From: Escherichia coli
GTDB taxonomy: Bacteria; Pseudomonadota; Gammaproteobacteria; Enterobacterales; Enterobacteriaceae
Length of the DNA stretch: 64,000 nucleotides
Reading direction: 5' to 3' (one strand)
Assembly: GCF_041248615.1 (NCBI RefSeq)
Contig: NZ_CP158426.1
Shown here: in pieces, positions 1 to 19,842 of the stretch
Layout: every line of letters begins with the position of its first letter
Position numbering within the stretch: the stretch's first letter is position 1
The notes under the pieces: generated by a model
Told to the model about the DNA's origin: nothing
The model's database searches: none
Seen by the model: only the letters and a program-made list of their open reading frames with translations
Position numbers and translations under genes: made by a program

Positions 1-212
<212 letters not shown>

Positions 213-246
213 TTACCCCGACAGCAGTGACCTGTTTGAGCGAGAA

Positions 247-3200
247 TTACTCGTCTTCCAGTTCGATGTTGATACCCAGCGAACGAATCTCTTTCAACAA
301 TACGTTGAAGGATTCTGGCATGCCCGGCTCCATCTGATGGTTGCCGTCCACGATGTTCTTATACATCTTGGTACGACCGTTCACGTCATCAGACTTAACG
401 GTGAGCATTTCCTGCAGGGTGTATGCTGCGCCGTATGCTTCCAGCGCCCACACTTCCATCTCCCCGAAACGCTGACCACCGAACTGTGCCTTACCACCCA
501 GCGGCTGCTGAGTAACCAGGCTGTAAGAACCGGTGGAACGCGCGTGCATCTTGTCGTCGACCAGGTGGTTCAGTTTCAGCATGTACATGTAACCAACGGT
601 TACCGGACGCTCGAACTGTTCACCAGTGCGGCCGTCGTACAGGCGGATCTGACCAGAAGTCGGCAGGTCGCCAAGTTTCAGCAGCTCTTTAATTTCTGCT
701 TCTTTCGCACCGTCGAACACTGGCGTTGCGATTGGCATACCTTTGCGCAGGTTTTCAGCCAGACGCATAACTTCTTCATCGCTGAAGGTACTCAGGTCAA
801 CTTTCTGACGAACGTCAGCGCCCAGATCGTACGCACGCTGGATGAATTCGCGCAGTTTCGCGACTTCTTGCTGCTGTTTCAGCATGGCGTTGATCTTGTC
901 GCCGATACCTTTCGCAGCCATACCCAGGTGGGTTTCGAGGATCTGACCGATGTTCATACGAGACGGTACGCCCAGCGGGTTCAGTACGATGTCTACCGGC
1001 GTACCGTTTTCATCGTAAGGCATATCTTCGATCGGGTTGATCTTAGAAATTACACCCTTGTTACCGTGACGACCTGCCATCTTGTCACCAGGCTGGATAC
1101 GGCGTTTAACCGCCAGATATACCTTAACAATCTTCAGCACGCCCGGTGCCAGATCGTCGCCCTGGGTGATTTTGCGGCGTTTCGCTTCGAGTTTCTTCTC
1201 GAACTCGTGTTTCAGTTCGTCATACTGCTCAGCCAGCTGTTCCAGCTGATTTTGTTTCTCTTCGTCGGTCAGGCCCAGCTCCAGCCAGCGATCGCGCGGC
1301 AGTTTGTCGAGCTTCTCAGCTTCAACGCCACCGGCTACCAGCACAGCACGGATACGGCTGAACAGACCCGCTTCGAGGATCTGCAGTTCTTCAGACAGGT
1401 CTTTCTTCGCCTGTTTGAGCTGCATTTCTTCGATTTCCAGCGCACGTTTGTCTTTTTCTACGCCATCGCGAGTAAAGACCTGAACGTCGATAACCGTACC
1501 GGATACACCGTTTGGTACGCGCAGAGAAGAGTCTTTAACGTCAGACGCTTTCTCACCGAAGATCGCACGCAGCAATTTTTCTTCTGGGGTCAGCTGAGTT
1601 TCACCTTTCGGCGTTACCTTACCAACCAGAATGTCGCCACCGGTCACTTCCGCACCAATGTAAACGATACCGGATTCATCCAGTTTGGAGAGCGCAGCTT
1701 CACCCACGTTCGGGATGTCAGCGGTGATCTCTTCCGGCCCCAGCTTGGTGTCACGGGACACACACGCCAGTTCCTGAATGTGGATGGTGGTGAAACGGTC
1801 TTCCTGAACAACACGCTCGGATACGAGGATGGAGTCTTCGAAGTTGTAACCATTCCACGGCATGAACGCTACGCGCATGTTCTGACCCAGCGCCAGTTCA
1901 CCGAGGTCGGTAGACGGACCATCTGCCAGCACGTCGCCACGTTCTACCGGTTCACCCAGAGACACACACGGCATCTGGTTGATACAGGTGTTCTGGTTAG
2001 AACGGGTGTATTTGGTCAGGTTGTAGATGTCGATACCTGCTTCACCCGGATACATCTCGTCTTCGTTAACTTTGATAACGATACGGGAAGCATCCACGTA
2101 CTGAACGACACCACCACGTTTAGCAACCGCAGTTACACCGGAGTCAACGGCAACAGCACGTTCCATACCCGTACCAACCAGCGGCTTATCAGCACGCAGA
2201 GTCGGAACGGCCTGACGTTGCATGTTCGCACCCATCAATGCACGGTTGGCGTCATCGTGTTCCAGGAACGGGATCAGGGACGCACCGACGGATACCACCT
2301 GCTGGGTGGATACGTCCATGTAGTCAACCTGGTCGCGGCTGAACAAGCTGGATTCGCCTTTGCTACGGCAGGTTACCAGGTCTTCTACGAAGTGGCCTTC
2401 TTCATCCAGGTTGGAGTTCGCCTGGGCGATAACGTAGTTGCCTTCTTCGATAGCAGACAGGTAGTGAATTTCGTCAGTTACAACACCGTCGGTCACTTTA
2501 CGATACGGAGTCTCAAGGAAGCCGTATTCGTTAGTCTGCGCGTATACAGACAGAGAGTTGATCAGACCGATGTTCGGACCTTCAGGGGTTTCGATTGGAC
2601 ATACGCGACCGTAGTGAGTCGGGTGTACGTCTCGAACTTCGAAGCCTGCACGTTCACGGGTCAGACCGCCTGGGCCGAGTGCGGAGATACGACGTTTGTG
2701 CGTAATCTCAGACAGCGGGTTGTTCTGGTCCATAAACTGAGACAGCTGGCTGGAACCGAAGAACTCTTTCACTGCTGCAGAAATCGGCTTGGCGTTGATC
2801 ATATCCTGAGGCATCAGGGTATCCAGATCGCCCAGAGACAGACGCTCTTTCACCGCACGCTCTACACGTACCAGGCCAACGCGGAACTGGTTTTCCGCCA
2901 TTTCGCCAACGGAACGGATACGACGGTTGCCGAGGTGGTCGATATCATCGACTTCGCCTTTACCGTTACGGATATCGATGAGCTTTTTCATAACATCAAT
3001 GATGTCGTCTTTGCTCAGGATACCGGAACCTTCGATTTCTTCGCGCAGCAGAGAACGGTTGAACTTCATACGACCAACCGCAGACAAGTCATAACGGTCT
3101 TCGGAGAAGAACAGGTTCTCGAACAGGCTTTCAGCTGCTTCACGAGTCGGCGGCTCGCCAGGGCGCATCATGCGGTAGATTTCTACCAGTGCGCTCAGAC

Positions 3201-4275
3201 GGTCGTTAGTTGGGTCGACACGTAAGGTTTCAGAGATATATGGGCCGTGATCCAGATCGTTGGTGAACAGCGTTTCGATACGCTTGTGACCAGACTGGCT
3301 CAGCTTAGCCAGCAGATCCAGGCTCAGCTCCATGTTCGCAGCACAGATCAGTTCGCCGGTAGACTCATCAATATAGTCTTTAGCAACCACTTTACCTGCG
3401 ATGTACTCAACCGGGACTTCGATCAGTTTGACGTCGTCTTTTTCCAGCTGGCGAATGTGGCGCGCAGTGATACGGCGGCCTTTTTCTACGTACACTTTAC
3501 CGTTAGCTTCGATGTCAAAAGATGCGGTTTCACCACGCAGGCGTTCCGGCACCAGTTCCATCTGCAGCTTGTTATCACGGATTTCAAAGATAACTTTTTC
3601 AAAGAACAGGTCGAGGATCTGCTCTGTGGTGTAGTTCAGGGCGCGCAGAATGATGGTCGCAGGCAGTTTACGGCGACGGTCGATACGTACGAACAGGTTG
3701 TCCTTCGGATCGAATTCGAAGTCCAGCCAGGAACCACGGTAAGGGATGATGCGCGCGTTATACAGCACTTTACCCGAAGAGTGGGTTTTACCTTTGTCGG
3801 AGTCAAAGAAGACGCCCGGACTACGGTGCAGCTGGGAAACGATAACACGCTCAGTACCGTTGATAACAAAGGTACCGTTGTCTGTCATGAGCGGAATTTC
3901 GCCCATGTAGACTTCTTGTTCTTTAATGTCTTTTACGGTGCCTTCCGGCGCTTCGCGCTCATAGATCACCAGACGCAGTTTAACGCGCAGCGGTGCGGAA
4001 TAGGTCACGCCACGGATTTGACATTCCTGGACGTCAAACACCGGTTCGCCAAGGCGGTAGCTGACGTATTGCAGCTCGGAATTACCGCTGTAGCTCTGAA
4101 TCGGGAATACGGAACGGAAAGCAGCTTCCAGACCATACTGCCCTTCAGGATCTTGCTCGATAAATTTCTGAAACGAGTCAAGCTGGATAGAAAGGAGATA
4201 AGGTACATCCAGAACTTGTGGACGTTTACCAAAATCCTTACGAATACGTTTTTTCTCGGTATAGGAGTAAACCAT
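247..4275 (-). CDS. rpoB: RNA polymerase beta subunit (1342 aa)
   Basis: ORF 247..4308 minus; product begins [35 protein letters not shown] 11 codons inside the track ORF, so start set to 4275; full-length match to RpoB by eye. Confidence 0.97.
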
Positions 4276-4522
4276 AGGGTTCCTCAGCTCGCTGACAAGT
4301 CGACCCATCTGTCCATTGAGCGGACAGTTTGTGCAACACTATTTTGTTGACCGGAAAATGGAACACTTTCCGCAATGCCTGTTGCTATCACGCTTAAACC
4401 ATTTCATTGCGATTTACACAGAACGGACGTCCTGTCGCAGTATATTAAGTCGTCGATAGAAACAAGCATTGAAAGGCACAGCAGTAGTCAAACAGTGTGA
4501 AACGCTACTGGCGCCTTACAGC

Positions 4523-4555
4523 GCAAAAAGGCTGGTGACTAAAAAGTCACCAGCC
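4523..4555 (-). terminator. rplL-rpoB intergenic attenuator (partial rho-independent terminator)
   Basis: 11-bp stem ggctggtgact/agtcaccagcc with 4-nt loop, followed on the minus strand by a T-run; located in the 286-bp spacer between rplL and rpoB where the known attenuator lies. Confidence 0.65.
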
Positions 4556-4594
4556 ATCAGCCTGATTTCTCAGGCTGCAACCGGAAGGGTTGGC

Positions 4595-4960
<366 letters not shown>

Positions 4961-5026
4961 TTAAATTGTTCCTGAATATCAGAATAAGTTTATACGTAAG
5001 CGAATGCGTTAAAAAGATAACTGCGA

Positions 5027-5524
5027 TTAAGCAGCTTCTTTCGCATCGCGTACAGCAGCCAGAGTACGAACCAGTTTGCCAGCCGAAGCTTCTTTCATGG
5101 TTGCCATCAGGCGTGCAATTGCTTCTTCGTAGGTCGGCAGAGTTGCCAGGCGGTCGATCTGAGACGCCGGGATCAGCTCACCTTCAAAGGCAGCGGCTTT
5201 GACCTCAAATTTTGCATTCGCTTTCGCGAACTCTTTGAACAGACGAGCAGCAGCGCCCGGGTGTTCCATAGAGTATGCAATCAGGGTCGGACCAACAAAC
5301 GCGTCTTTCAGGCACTCGAACGGAGTACCTTCAACAGCACGGCGCAGCAGGGTGTTACGAACAACACGCATGTATACGCCAGCTTCGCGACCTGCTTTAC
5401 GCAGTTCAGTCATTTTATCTACAGTTACGCCACGGGAATCCGCAACTACTGCAGACAGCGCGCCTTTGGCTACTTCGCTGACTTCAGCAACAATCGCTTG
5501 TTTGTCTTGAAGATTTAAAGCCAT
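5027..5524 (-). CDS. rplJ: 50S ribosomal protein L10
   Basis: 165-aa product [64 protein letters not shown]...; position between rplA and rplL. Confidence 0.98.
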
Positions 5525-5936
5525 TAGCTTTGCTCCTGGATGTTTGCCAGAGAAAATCTCTGGAACTCACTTCACTCCTCCAAACGGAGAGAGCGTCTTA
5601 ATTACGGTGAGCAGAAACAAGCCAGAATATAAAAGAATAATCTTAGCGTTCTGTCACCGTCTACGCAGGGGATTAAGTTTCTTGCGAAACTCCTGCGGTC
5701 TTCGACGGAGGCCTGGATAGGCCAGGCTCCAACGAACAAATCTTTTCTATCCGTCGCTATTCAGCTTGTGGCGGCGTTGGCTTCCTTCATTCGCACCAGT
5801 CACATAGTTAGCTATGCTCCTGGCGACTCACTCAGTTGCCGCCTTGCCACAACCCGAATATCTCGGATATACGTCTGCATTAAGCATTATACGTGGGGGT
5901 AAGATTGTAGACAAAATCACCGCCCACGTAAAGGCA
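5525..5936 (-). promoter_or_regulatory. rplJ leader / L10-L12 autoregulatory region and rplJL promoter (approximate span)
   Basis: 412-bp untranslated spacer between rplA and rplJ, matching the known long rplJ leader; assignment from established operon architecture, boundaries not resolved. Confidence 0.4.
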
Positions 5937-7136
<1,200 letters not shown>

Positions 7137-7231
7137 TTACGGGCAAGGCCCATAAAAACAAAAGGCGCGAAATTGTATTCCAATCTCGCGCCTTGCGCAA
7201 CGATTAAATCGCCGCTTTTTTGATCGCTGGG

Positions 7232-7777
7232 TTAGGCTTTTTCAACCTGGCTGAAGTCCAGCTCTACCGGGGTCGCACGACCGAAGATAGAAACAGACAC
7301 TTTCAGACGAGATTTCTCGTAATCCACTTCTTCAACAACACCGTTGAAGTCAGCGAACGGACCATCATTAACACGGACCATTTCACCCGGTTCAAACAGC
7401 GTTTTCGGACGCGGCTTATCACCAACCTGCTGCAGGCGGTTCATAATCGCATCGACTTCTTTATCGCTGATTGGTGCAGGACGATCGGAAGTACCGCCGA
7501 TGAAGCCCATCACACGCGGTACGCTGCGCACCAGGTGCCAGCTCGCGTCGTTCATCACCATCTGAACGAGGACGTAGCCAGGGAAGAATTTACGTTCGCT
7601 TTTGCGACGCTGACCGCCACGGATTTCAACCACTTCTTCGGTTGGTACCATGACTTCACCAAACAAATCTTCCATGTTGTGTAATTTGATATGCTCACGC
7701 AGCGACGTTGCTACGCGGCCTTCAAAACCGGAAAACGCCTGAACGACGTACCAGCGCTTTTTAGGAGCTTCAGACAT
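7232..7777 (-). CDS. nusG: transcription termination/antitermination factor NusG
   Basis: 181-aa product [73 protein letters not shown]... Confidence 0.98.
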
Positions 7778-7778
7778 C

Positions 7779-8162
7779 TCAGAACCTCAGGCCAGTGATA
7801 AAGGATACCAGGCGAACCAGAATACCATCCAGTCCCCACAGGATCAGTGACATTACTGCGGTAACCGCAGCCACAATCAGCGTGGTGTGCAATGTTTCCT
7901 GGCGAGTCGGCCAAATGACCTTACGGACTTCGGTACGCGCTTCACGGGCAAAAGCAACGGTAGCTTTACCTTTTGTCGTTAACAGCGCGACACCACCCGC
8001 TGCAGCAATCAGAATTACTACGGCCAGCGCACGCAGCGGCAGCATAATGTCGCGATAAAGATAGTTGCCGACAATCGCCACCAGGAGCAATGCCACCACA
8101 ACGACCCACTTCATCGCTTCCAGGCCGCGCCCGCTTCCTTGAGCTTCGGTATTCGCACTCAT
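7779..8162 (-). CDS. secE: preprotein translocase subunit SecE
   Basis: 127-aa membrane protein [127 protein letters not shown]; 1 bp upstream of nusG. Confidence 0.97.
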
Positions 8163-8333
8163 AAACCAACCTGTCAGAAGTTTTCTACAAACATTTTCAC
8201 CCCGCGATCGCGAGGCAAACCAAATCGAAACGCGTATTAGCTTTTCGGATTATACGCCCTCAACAGAGCCTGTCTCAGCAATGATTATGACAAAGAAAAT
8301 CACCGATGAGCCAGGTTCTGGTACGAAAGCGTG

Positions 8334-8363
8334 CAAAAAGGGCATCAAATGATGCCCTTTTAG
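8334..8363 (-). terminator. rho-independent terminator downstream of tufB
   Basis: Minus-strand hairpin aagggcatcatttgatgccctt followed by T-run, about 30 bp after tufB stop. Confidence 0.7.
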
Positions 8364-8391
8364 TGCGCATTGCGTCAAATGTTATCGGCAA

Positions 8392-9612
<1,221 letters not shown>

Positions 9613-9690
9613 TCACCACATCAACCAGGCAACATGCCCGACTTGTTGAATGCAATAAACAGAAGGAAAAAACAGGGAGGAGAAAAGAAG

Positions 9691-9766
9691 TGGTGCTGAT
9701 AGGCAGATTCGAACTGCCGACCTCACCCTTACCAAGGGTGCGCTCTACCAACTGAGCTATATCAGC
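9691..9766 (-). tRNA. thrT: tRNA-Thr
   Basis: Minus-strand sequence GCTGATATAGCTCAGTTGGTAGAGCGCACCCTTGGTAAGGGTGAGGTCGGCAGTTCGAATCTGCCTATCAGCACCA (76 nt, CCA end, GGT anticodon). Confidence 0.93.
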
Positions 9767-9772
9767 ACATCT

Positions 9773-9847
<75 letters not shown>

Positions 9848-9963
9848 ATCCTGGAACTCGGCTACCTGATTTTCATTCTGCACTGAATATCGAGAGAAGC
9901 TCTCTTTATTCGAGCCGGTAAGCGAACTTATCGTCTCGGGCTACGCCATCGCGTGGCCGAAAT

Positions 9964-10048
<85 letters not shown>

Positions 10049-10056
10049 GGACTTGA

Positions 10057-10132
<76 letters not shown>

Positions 10133-10146
10133 ATCAAGTAGCGCGC

Positions 10147-10175
10147 ATTCTATGGAGACATGCGAGTTCATGCAA
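10147..10175 (-). promoter_or_regulatory. promoter of thrU-tyrU-glyT-thrT-tufB operon
   Basis: On the minus strand: TTGCAT (-35), 17-bp spacer, TAGAAT (-10), followed by GC-rich discriminator GCGCGC typical of stringently controlled stable-RNA promoters, about 15 bp before thrU. Confidence 0.6.
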
Positions 10176-10493
10176 CTAAAAAATTGCATAATTTGTTTTA
10201 TTGGTCACATTTTATGCGACACGATGAAGAAACAGCCGAATGGAGGGCAGATTAGCACACTTTTTCAACATCATTGTGCTCAACAATGCGCTCCTGCTAA
10301 ACCATAATTCTTTTTATCAGATGGAATATCTGTCACAGTGCTTTTCAACGATAGCTTCCTGGGAGAGATTTTTTCTTATTATTCCTCCCCATCTGGTGTT
10401 ACCCTCCTGCCCATTAACCCATTCAACAGAACTGTGACGCGCCATGGCAAATATCGCTTTGCCGATAGAGCTATGACCGCCAGAAACATGCTT

Positions 10494-11444
10494 ATGAGTA
10501 TAAAAGAGCAAACGTTAATGACGCCTTACCTACAGTTTGACCGCAACCAGTGGGCAGCTCTGCGTGATTCCGTACCTATGACGTTATCGGAAGATGAGAT
10601 CGCCCGTCTCAAAGGTATTAATGAAGATCTCTCGTTAGAAGAAGTTGCCGAGATCTATTTACCTCTGTCACGTTTGCTGAACTTCTATATAAGCTCGAAT
10701 CTGCGCCGTCAGGCAGTTCTGGAACAGTTTCTTGGTACCAACGGGCAACGCATTCCTTACATTATCAGTATTGCTGGTAGTGTCGCGGTGGGGAAAAGTA
10801 CAACCGCCCGTGTATTGCAGGCGCTATTAAGCCGTTGGCCGGAACATCGTCGTGTTGAACTGATCACGACTGATGGCTTCCTTCACCCTAATCAGGTACT
10901 GAAAGAACGTGGTCTGATGAAGAAGAAAGGCTTCCCGGAATCGTATGATATGCATCGCCTGGTGAAGTTTGTTTCCGATCTCAAATCCGGCGTGCCAAAC
11001 GTTACAGCACCTGTTTACTCGCATCTTATTTATGATGTGATCCCGGATGGAGATAAAACGGTTGTTCAGCCTGATATTTTAATTCTTGAAGGGTTAAATG
11101 TCTTACAGAGCGGGATGGATTATCCACACGATCCACATCATGTATTTGTTTCTGATTTTGTCGATTTTTCGATATATGTTGATGCACCGGAAGACTTACT
11201 TCAGACGTGGTATATCAACCGTTTCCTGAAATTCCGCGAAGGGGCTTTTACAGACCCGGATTCCTATTTTCATAACTACGCGAAATTAACTAAAGAAGAA
11301 GCGATTAATACTGCCATGACGTTGTGGAAAGAGATCAACTGGCTGAACTTAAAGCAAAATATTCTACCTACTCGCGAGCGCGCCAGTTTAATCCTGACGA
11401 AAAGTGCTAATCATGCGGTAGAAGAGGTCAGGCTACGCAAATAA
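10494..11444 (+). CDS. coaA: pantothenate kinase (316 aa)
   Basis: Track ORF 10338..11444 is N-terminally over-extended; product from [26 protein letters not shown]... contains P-loop GSVAVGKST; start set at 10494. Confidence 0.93.
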   Translation: MSIKEQTLMTPYLQFDRNQWAALRDSVPMTLSEDEIARLKGINEDLSLEEVAEIYLPLSRLLNFYISSNLRRQAVLEQFLGTNGQRIPYIISIAGSVAVGKSTTARVLQALLSRWPEHRRVELITTDGFLHPNQVLKERGLMKKKGFPESYDMHRLVKFVSDLKSGVPNVTAPVYSHLIYDVIPDGDKTVVQPDILILEGLNVLQSGMDYPHDPHHVFVSDFVDFSIYVDAPEDLLQTWYINRFLKFREGAFTDPDSYFHNYAKLTKEEAINTAMTLWKEINWLNLKQNILPTRERASLILTKSANHAVEEVRLRK

Positions 11445-11475
11445 TTTTCAGGGGAGCTAATGCTCCCCTATCTTA

Positions 11476-12438
11476 TTATTCCGCACTACGCAGGGATATT
11501 TCACCGCCCATCCAGGGTTTTATTATTCCATCCTGCTCAAGTAATAAAGCGCCCTGTTTGTCTATTCCGCGCGAAATGCCAAATATTTCTTTATCACCAA
11601 TGATAAGTTTCACTGGGCGATTAATAAAATTATCCAGCTTTTCCCAGCGCGAAAGATAAGGTGCCAATCCTTCTTGCTCGAAGAGTTCCAGCGCCGTGCG
11701 TAATTCACGTATGAGCATGGCCGCCAACGTATTACGATCGAGATTGATCCCGGCTTCCTGAAGCGTGATCCACCCTTGATTAACGACACTCTCTTCAACA
11801 CGACGCATTGCCATGTTGATCCCGGCACCAATGACTATTTGCGCCGCATCGCCGGTTTTGCCAGTTAGCTCCACAAGAATGCCTGCCAGCTTGCGATCCT
11901 GCAGATAGAGGTCATTAGGCCATTTAACACGAACTTTATCAGCACCCAGCTTGCGTAATACTTCCGCCATCACGATACCGATAACCAGACTTAAACCAAT
12001 CGCCGCCGCCGGGCCTTGTTCCAGACGCCAGAACATCGACAAATATAAGTTTGCTCCAAAAGGCGAAAACCATTTCCGACCCCGGCGACCACGGCCAGCC
12101 TGCTGGTATTCTGCAACGCAGGCATCGCCCGATTTAAGCTCTCCGATACGATCAAGAAGGTACTGATTCGTGGAGTCAATCACTGGCAGCACAGTTACAC
12201 TACCGCCATCCAGCTGACCCAATATCTGTTCAGCATTAAGTAACTGGATAGGCTCAGGCAGGCTGTATCCTTTACCCGGAACGGTAAAGACATCAACGCC
12301 CCAGTCACGCAGTGTCTGAATGTGTTTATTAATAGCCGCCCGGCTCATTCCCAGCGTTTCACCCAACTGCTCGCCAGAGTGAAATTCACCGTTCGCTAAT
12401 AGGGCGATCAATTTCAGTGGCACGGTGTTATCCTTCAT
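11476..12438 (-). CDS. birA: biotin--[acetyl-CoA-carboxylase] ligase / bio operon repressor
   Basis: 320-aa product [60 protein letters not shown]... with GRGRRGRKW biotin-binding loop. Confidence 0.96.
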   Translation of the reverse strand: MKDNTVPLKLIALLANGEFHSGEQLGETLGMSRAAINKHIQTLRDWGVDVFTVPGKGYSLPEPIQLLNAEQILGQLDGGSVTVLPVIDSTNQYLLDRIGELKSGDACVAEYQQAGRGRRGRKWFSPFGANLYLSMFWRLEQGPAAAIGLSLVIGIVMAEVLRKLGADKVRVKWPNDLYLQDRKLAGILVELTGKTGDAAQIVIGAGINMAMRRVEESVVNQGWITLQEAGINLDRNTLAAMLIRELRTALELFEQEGLAPYLSRWEKLDNFINRPVKLIIGDKEIFGISRGIDKQGALLLEQDGIIKPWMGGEISLRSAE

Positions 12439-13463
12439 GAAATCGTCTCCACTGCGCTCACTTCACCTGATGCACCAATAAAGCGGACTTCAGGCTCAAG
12501 CCAGACATTAAATTTTTCACCCACTTTTTGTCTTACATGGTGTGCCAGTTGCACCACATCTTCGCTTTTTGCATTGTCTTCATTAATGAGAACTAACGCC
12601 TGTTGACGGTGCACCGCTGCACCACCCATTTGCATCCCTTTTAGCTGGCACTGATCGATAAGCCAACCTGCTGCCAGTTTTACTGAACCATCCGCCTGGG
12701 GATAATTTGGTGCTGTTGGAAATTGTGCCAGTAATGCTTTAGCCGTTTCGGCAGATACAACAGGGTTTTTGAAGAAACTACCGGCATTGCCATTCACTTT
12801 TGGGTCAGGAAGTTTGGTGGTGCGCATATGACACACCGCATCAAATACTTGCTGTGGCGTTATTGTTGTAGGATCCAGACGAGTTAAGTCACCATACGTT
12901 AGTACAGGTTGCCACTCTTTTGGCAGACGCAGACCTACGGCTACAATGGCGAAGCGATCCTGGTATTCATGTTTAAAAATACTGTCGCGATAGCCAAAAC
13001 GGCACTCTTTGGCAGTTAAGCGCACTTGCTTGCCTGTCGCCAGTTCAACACAATCAACATAAGCGCAAACTCGCTGTAATTCTACGCCATAAGCACCAAT
13101 ATTCTGGATAGGTGATGAGCCGACACAACCAGGAATTAATGCCAGATTTTCCAGACCAGGCATACCTTTCTGCAAAGTGTATTTTACCAGGCGATGCCAG
13201 TTTTCTCCGGCTCCTACATGTAAATACCACGCATCAGGTTCATCATGAATTTCGATACCTTTGATCCGGTTGATGATCACCGTGCCGCGATAGTCTTCCA
13301 GAAAAAGTACATTACTTCCTTCACCCAGAATAAGAACGGGTTGCCCTTCTGCGGTTGCATGCTGCCAGGCATTGAGTAGTTGTTGTTCGTCTTCGGCACA
13401 TACAATGTGCTGAGCATTATGATCAATGCCAAATGTGTTCCAGGGTTTTAAGGAGTGGTTCAT
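12435..13463 (-). CDS. murB: UDP-N-acetylenolpyruvoylglucosamine reductase
   Basis: 342-aa product [69 protein letters not shown]...; 4-bp overlap with birA start. Confidence 0.96.
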   Translation of the reverse strand: MNHSLKPWNTFGIDHNAQHIVCAEDEQQLLNAWQHATAEGQPVLILGEGSNVLFLEDYRGTVIINRIKGIEIHDEPDAWYLHVGAGENWHRLVKYTLQKGMPGLENLALIPGCVGSSPIQNIGAYGVELQRVCAYVDCVELATGKQVRLTAKECRFGYRDSIFKHEYQDRFAIVAVGLRLPKEWQPVLTYGDLTRLDPTTITPQQVFDAVCHMRTTKLPDPKVNGNAGSFFKNPVVSAETAKALLAQFPTAPNYPQADGSVKLAAGWLIDQCQLKGMQMGGAAVHRQQALVLINEDNAKSEDVVQLAHHVRQKVGEKFNVWLEPEVRFIGASGEVSAVETIS

Positions 13464-13550
13464 AGCTGCTTTCCTGATGCAAAAACGAGGCTAGTTTACC
13501 GTATCTGTGGGGGGATGGCTTGTAGTTATGACGACAGGGAGAGTTTGTAG

Positions 13551-13590
13551 AAACGCAAAAAGGCCCAGTCTTCCGACTGAGCCTTCTGCT
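13551..13590 (-). terminator. rRNA operon terminator immediately after 5S rRNA
   Basis: Minus-strand hairpin AAGGCTCAGTCGGAAGACTGGGCCTT followed by TTTTT, 8-10 nt past the 5S 3' end. Confidence 0.75.
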
Positions 13591-13597
13591 AAATTTG

Positions 13598-13717
13598 ATG
13601 CCTGGCAGTTCCCTACTCTCGCATGGGGAGACCCCACACTACCATCGGCGCTACGGCGTTTCACTTCTGAGTTCGGCATGGGGTCAGGTGGGACCACCGC
13701 GCTAAGGCCGCCAGGCA
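13598..13717 (-). rRNA. rrfB: 5S ribosomal RNA
   Basis: 120-nt minus-strand match to E. coli 5S rRNA (TGCCTGGCGGCC...AACTGCCAGGCAT) with one apparent substitution near the 5' end. Confidence 0.95.
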
Positions 13718-13811
13718 AATTCTGTTTTATTAACCCGCTTACCGCCGGTTAATTTAATCTGTATCAGGCTGAAAATCTTTCTCTCATCCGCCAAAACATC
13801 TTCGGCGTTGT

Positions 13812-16716
<2,905 letters not shown>

Positions 16717-16919
16717 TCACAACCCGAAGATGTTTCTTTCGACTCATCATCGTGTTGCGAAAATTTGAGAGACTCACGAACAACTTTCGTTGTTCAGTGT
16801 TTCAATTTTCAGCTTGATCCAGATTTTTAAAGAGCAAATATCTCAAACATCACCCGAAGATGAGTTTTGAGATATTAAGGCAGGTGACTTTCACTCACAA
16901 ACCAGCAAGTGGCGTCCCC

Positions 16920-16995
16920 TAGGGGATTCGAACCCCTGTTACCGCCGTGAAAGGGCGGTGTCCTGGGCCTCTAGACGAAGGGGACGTATCAGTCT
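16920..16995 (-). tRNA. gltT: tRNA-Glu (16S-23S spacer tRNA)
   Basis: Minus-strand GTCCCCTTCGTCTAGAGGCCCAGGACACCGCCCTTTCACGGCGGTAACAGGGGTTCGAATCCCCTAGGGGACGCCA (76 nt, TTC anticodon). Confidence 0.93.
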
Positions 16996-17070
16996 GCTTC
17001 GCAAGACGCCTTGCTTTTCACTTTCTATCAGACAATCTGTGTGAGCACTGCAAAGTACGCTTCTTTAAAA

Positions 17071-18612
<1,542 letters not shown>

Positions 18613-18735
18613 AAAAGTTTGATGCTCAAAGAATTAAACTTCGTAATGAATTACGTGTTCACTCTTGAGACTTGGTATTCATTTTCGTCTTGCGACGTTA
18701 AGAATCCGTATCTTCGAGTGCCCACACAGATTGTC

Positions 18736-18962
18736 TGATAAATTGTTAAAGAGCAGTGCCGCTTCGCTTTTTCTCAGCGGCGCGGGGTGTGCATAATACG
18801 CTTTCCCGCTACAGAGTCAAGCATTTATTTTTGCTTTCTCTGCCGAAGTTCTCAGGAGAACCCCTCTGACCCGGCGGCGTGTTTGCCGTTGTTCCGTGTC
18901 AGTGGTGGCGCATTATAGGGAGTTATTCCGGCCTGACAAGAGGAAATTTAAAATAATTTTCT
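18736..18962 (-). promoter_or_regulatory. rRNA operon control region: boxA antiterminator (18736-18755), P2 (-10 at 18792-18798, -35 at 18815-18820), P1 (-10 at 18912-18917, -35 at 18934-18939) and AT-rich UP element (18943-18962)
   Basis: Minus-strand reads TTGTCA...TATAAT (P1) and TTGACT...TATTATG (P2) with boxA TGCTCTTTAACAATTTATCA in the leader; matches the known rrnB P1/P2 layout. Confidence 0.8.
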
Positions 18963-18984
18963 GACCGCGCAACATTCAACCAAA

Positions 18985-19842
18985 TCAGTCTAAAACTGCC
19001 AGTTTTTCGAGCGTTTCGAAGCCGTAACGCTGTAAAACGGGCAATAATTGTTCAGCTTCTGGCGTCATTGCCATACAAAAGGCAATATTCGCATCGGCAG
19101 ATTTTGCATCCGGGGCTTCATGCTCTAGCAACCAGGCCGTTCGGCGAGCAATCGCTGCGCCAGAATCCACCAGCCGGGTTCCCTCTGGCAGCACCTGTAA
19201 CAGTTCTTCTTGTAGTAGAGGGAAATGGGTACACCCCAGTACAACGGTATCTGGCGGCTCTTTCATTCTTAACCACGGACGCAAGATACGTTTTAGCGCA
19301 TCCAGAGAAACATCTTCGCCATGCAGCTTCGCTTCAGCCAACTCAACCATCTCTGCCGAGCCCAGCATTTCTATCTGGCATTCATTAGCGAAACGCGCGA
19401 TCAGCTCATGAGTATAAGAACGTTTAACTGTTCCGCGGGTTGCCAGTAATCCGACAATGCCATTTGCCGTCAGACGTGCAGCAGGTTTAATCGCCGGCAC
19501 GACACCAACAACCGGGAAGTCGAACTTTTCGCGTAATGCAGGAAGTGAAACGGTACTGGCAGTGTTGCAGGCGACCACAGCCAGCGCAAGGGGATAACGT
19601 TTTTGCACTGCGGTGACAATTGCCACCACTCGCTCAACAATAAACGCTTCGCTTTTTTCGCCATACGGGAAAGCGACGTTATCGAAAGCATAAATGTAAT
19701 GGAGATCCGGTAAGAGATGCCGGATCTCGTCATAGACCGACAACCCACCGACGCCGGAGTCAAACACCAGCACGGTGGGACGTGGTTCAGAAGGTGTAGC
19801 TGCCAGACAAGGTGTATTCCCGTCCTGCAGTTTGGTAGCCAT
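18985..19842 (-). CDS. murI: glutamate racemase (285 aa)
   Basis: Product from [65 protein letters not shown]...; track ORF begins 4 codons earlier (MRQSMATK); 5' end overlaps btuB 3' end. Confidence 0.93.
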   Translation of the reverse strand: MATKLQDGNTPCLAATPSEPRPTVLVFDSGVGGLSVYDEIRHLLPDLHYIYAFDNVAFPYGEKSEAFIVERVVAIVTAVQKRYPLALAVVACNTASTVSLPALREKFDFPVVGVVPAIKPAARLTANGIVGLLATRGTVKRSYTHELIARFANECQIEMLGSAEMVELAEAKLHGEDVSLDALKRILRPWLRMKEPPDTVVLGCTHFPLLQEELLQVLPEGTRLVDSGAAIARRTAWLLEHEAPDAKSADANIAFCMAMTPEAEQLLPVLQRYGFETLEKLAVLD

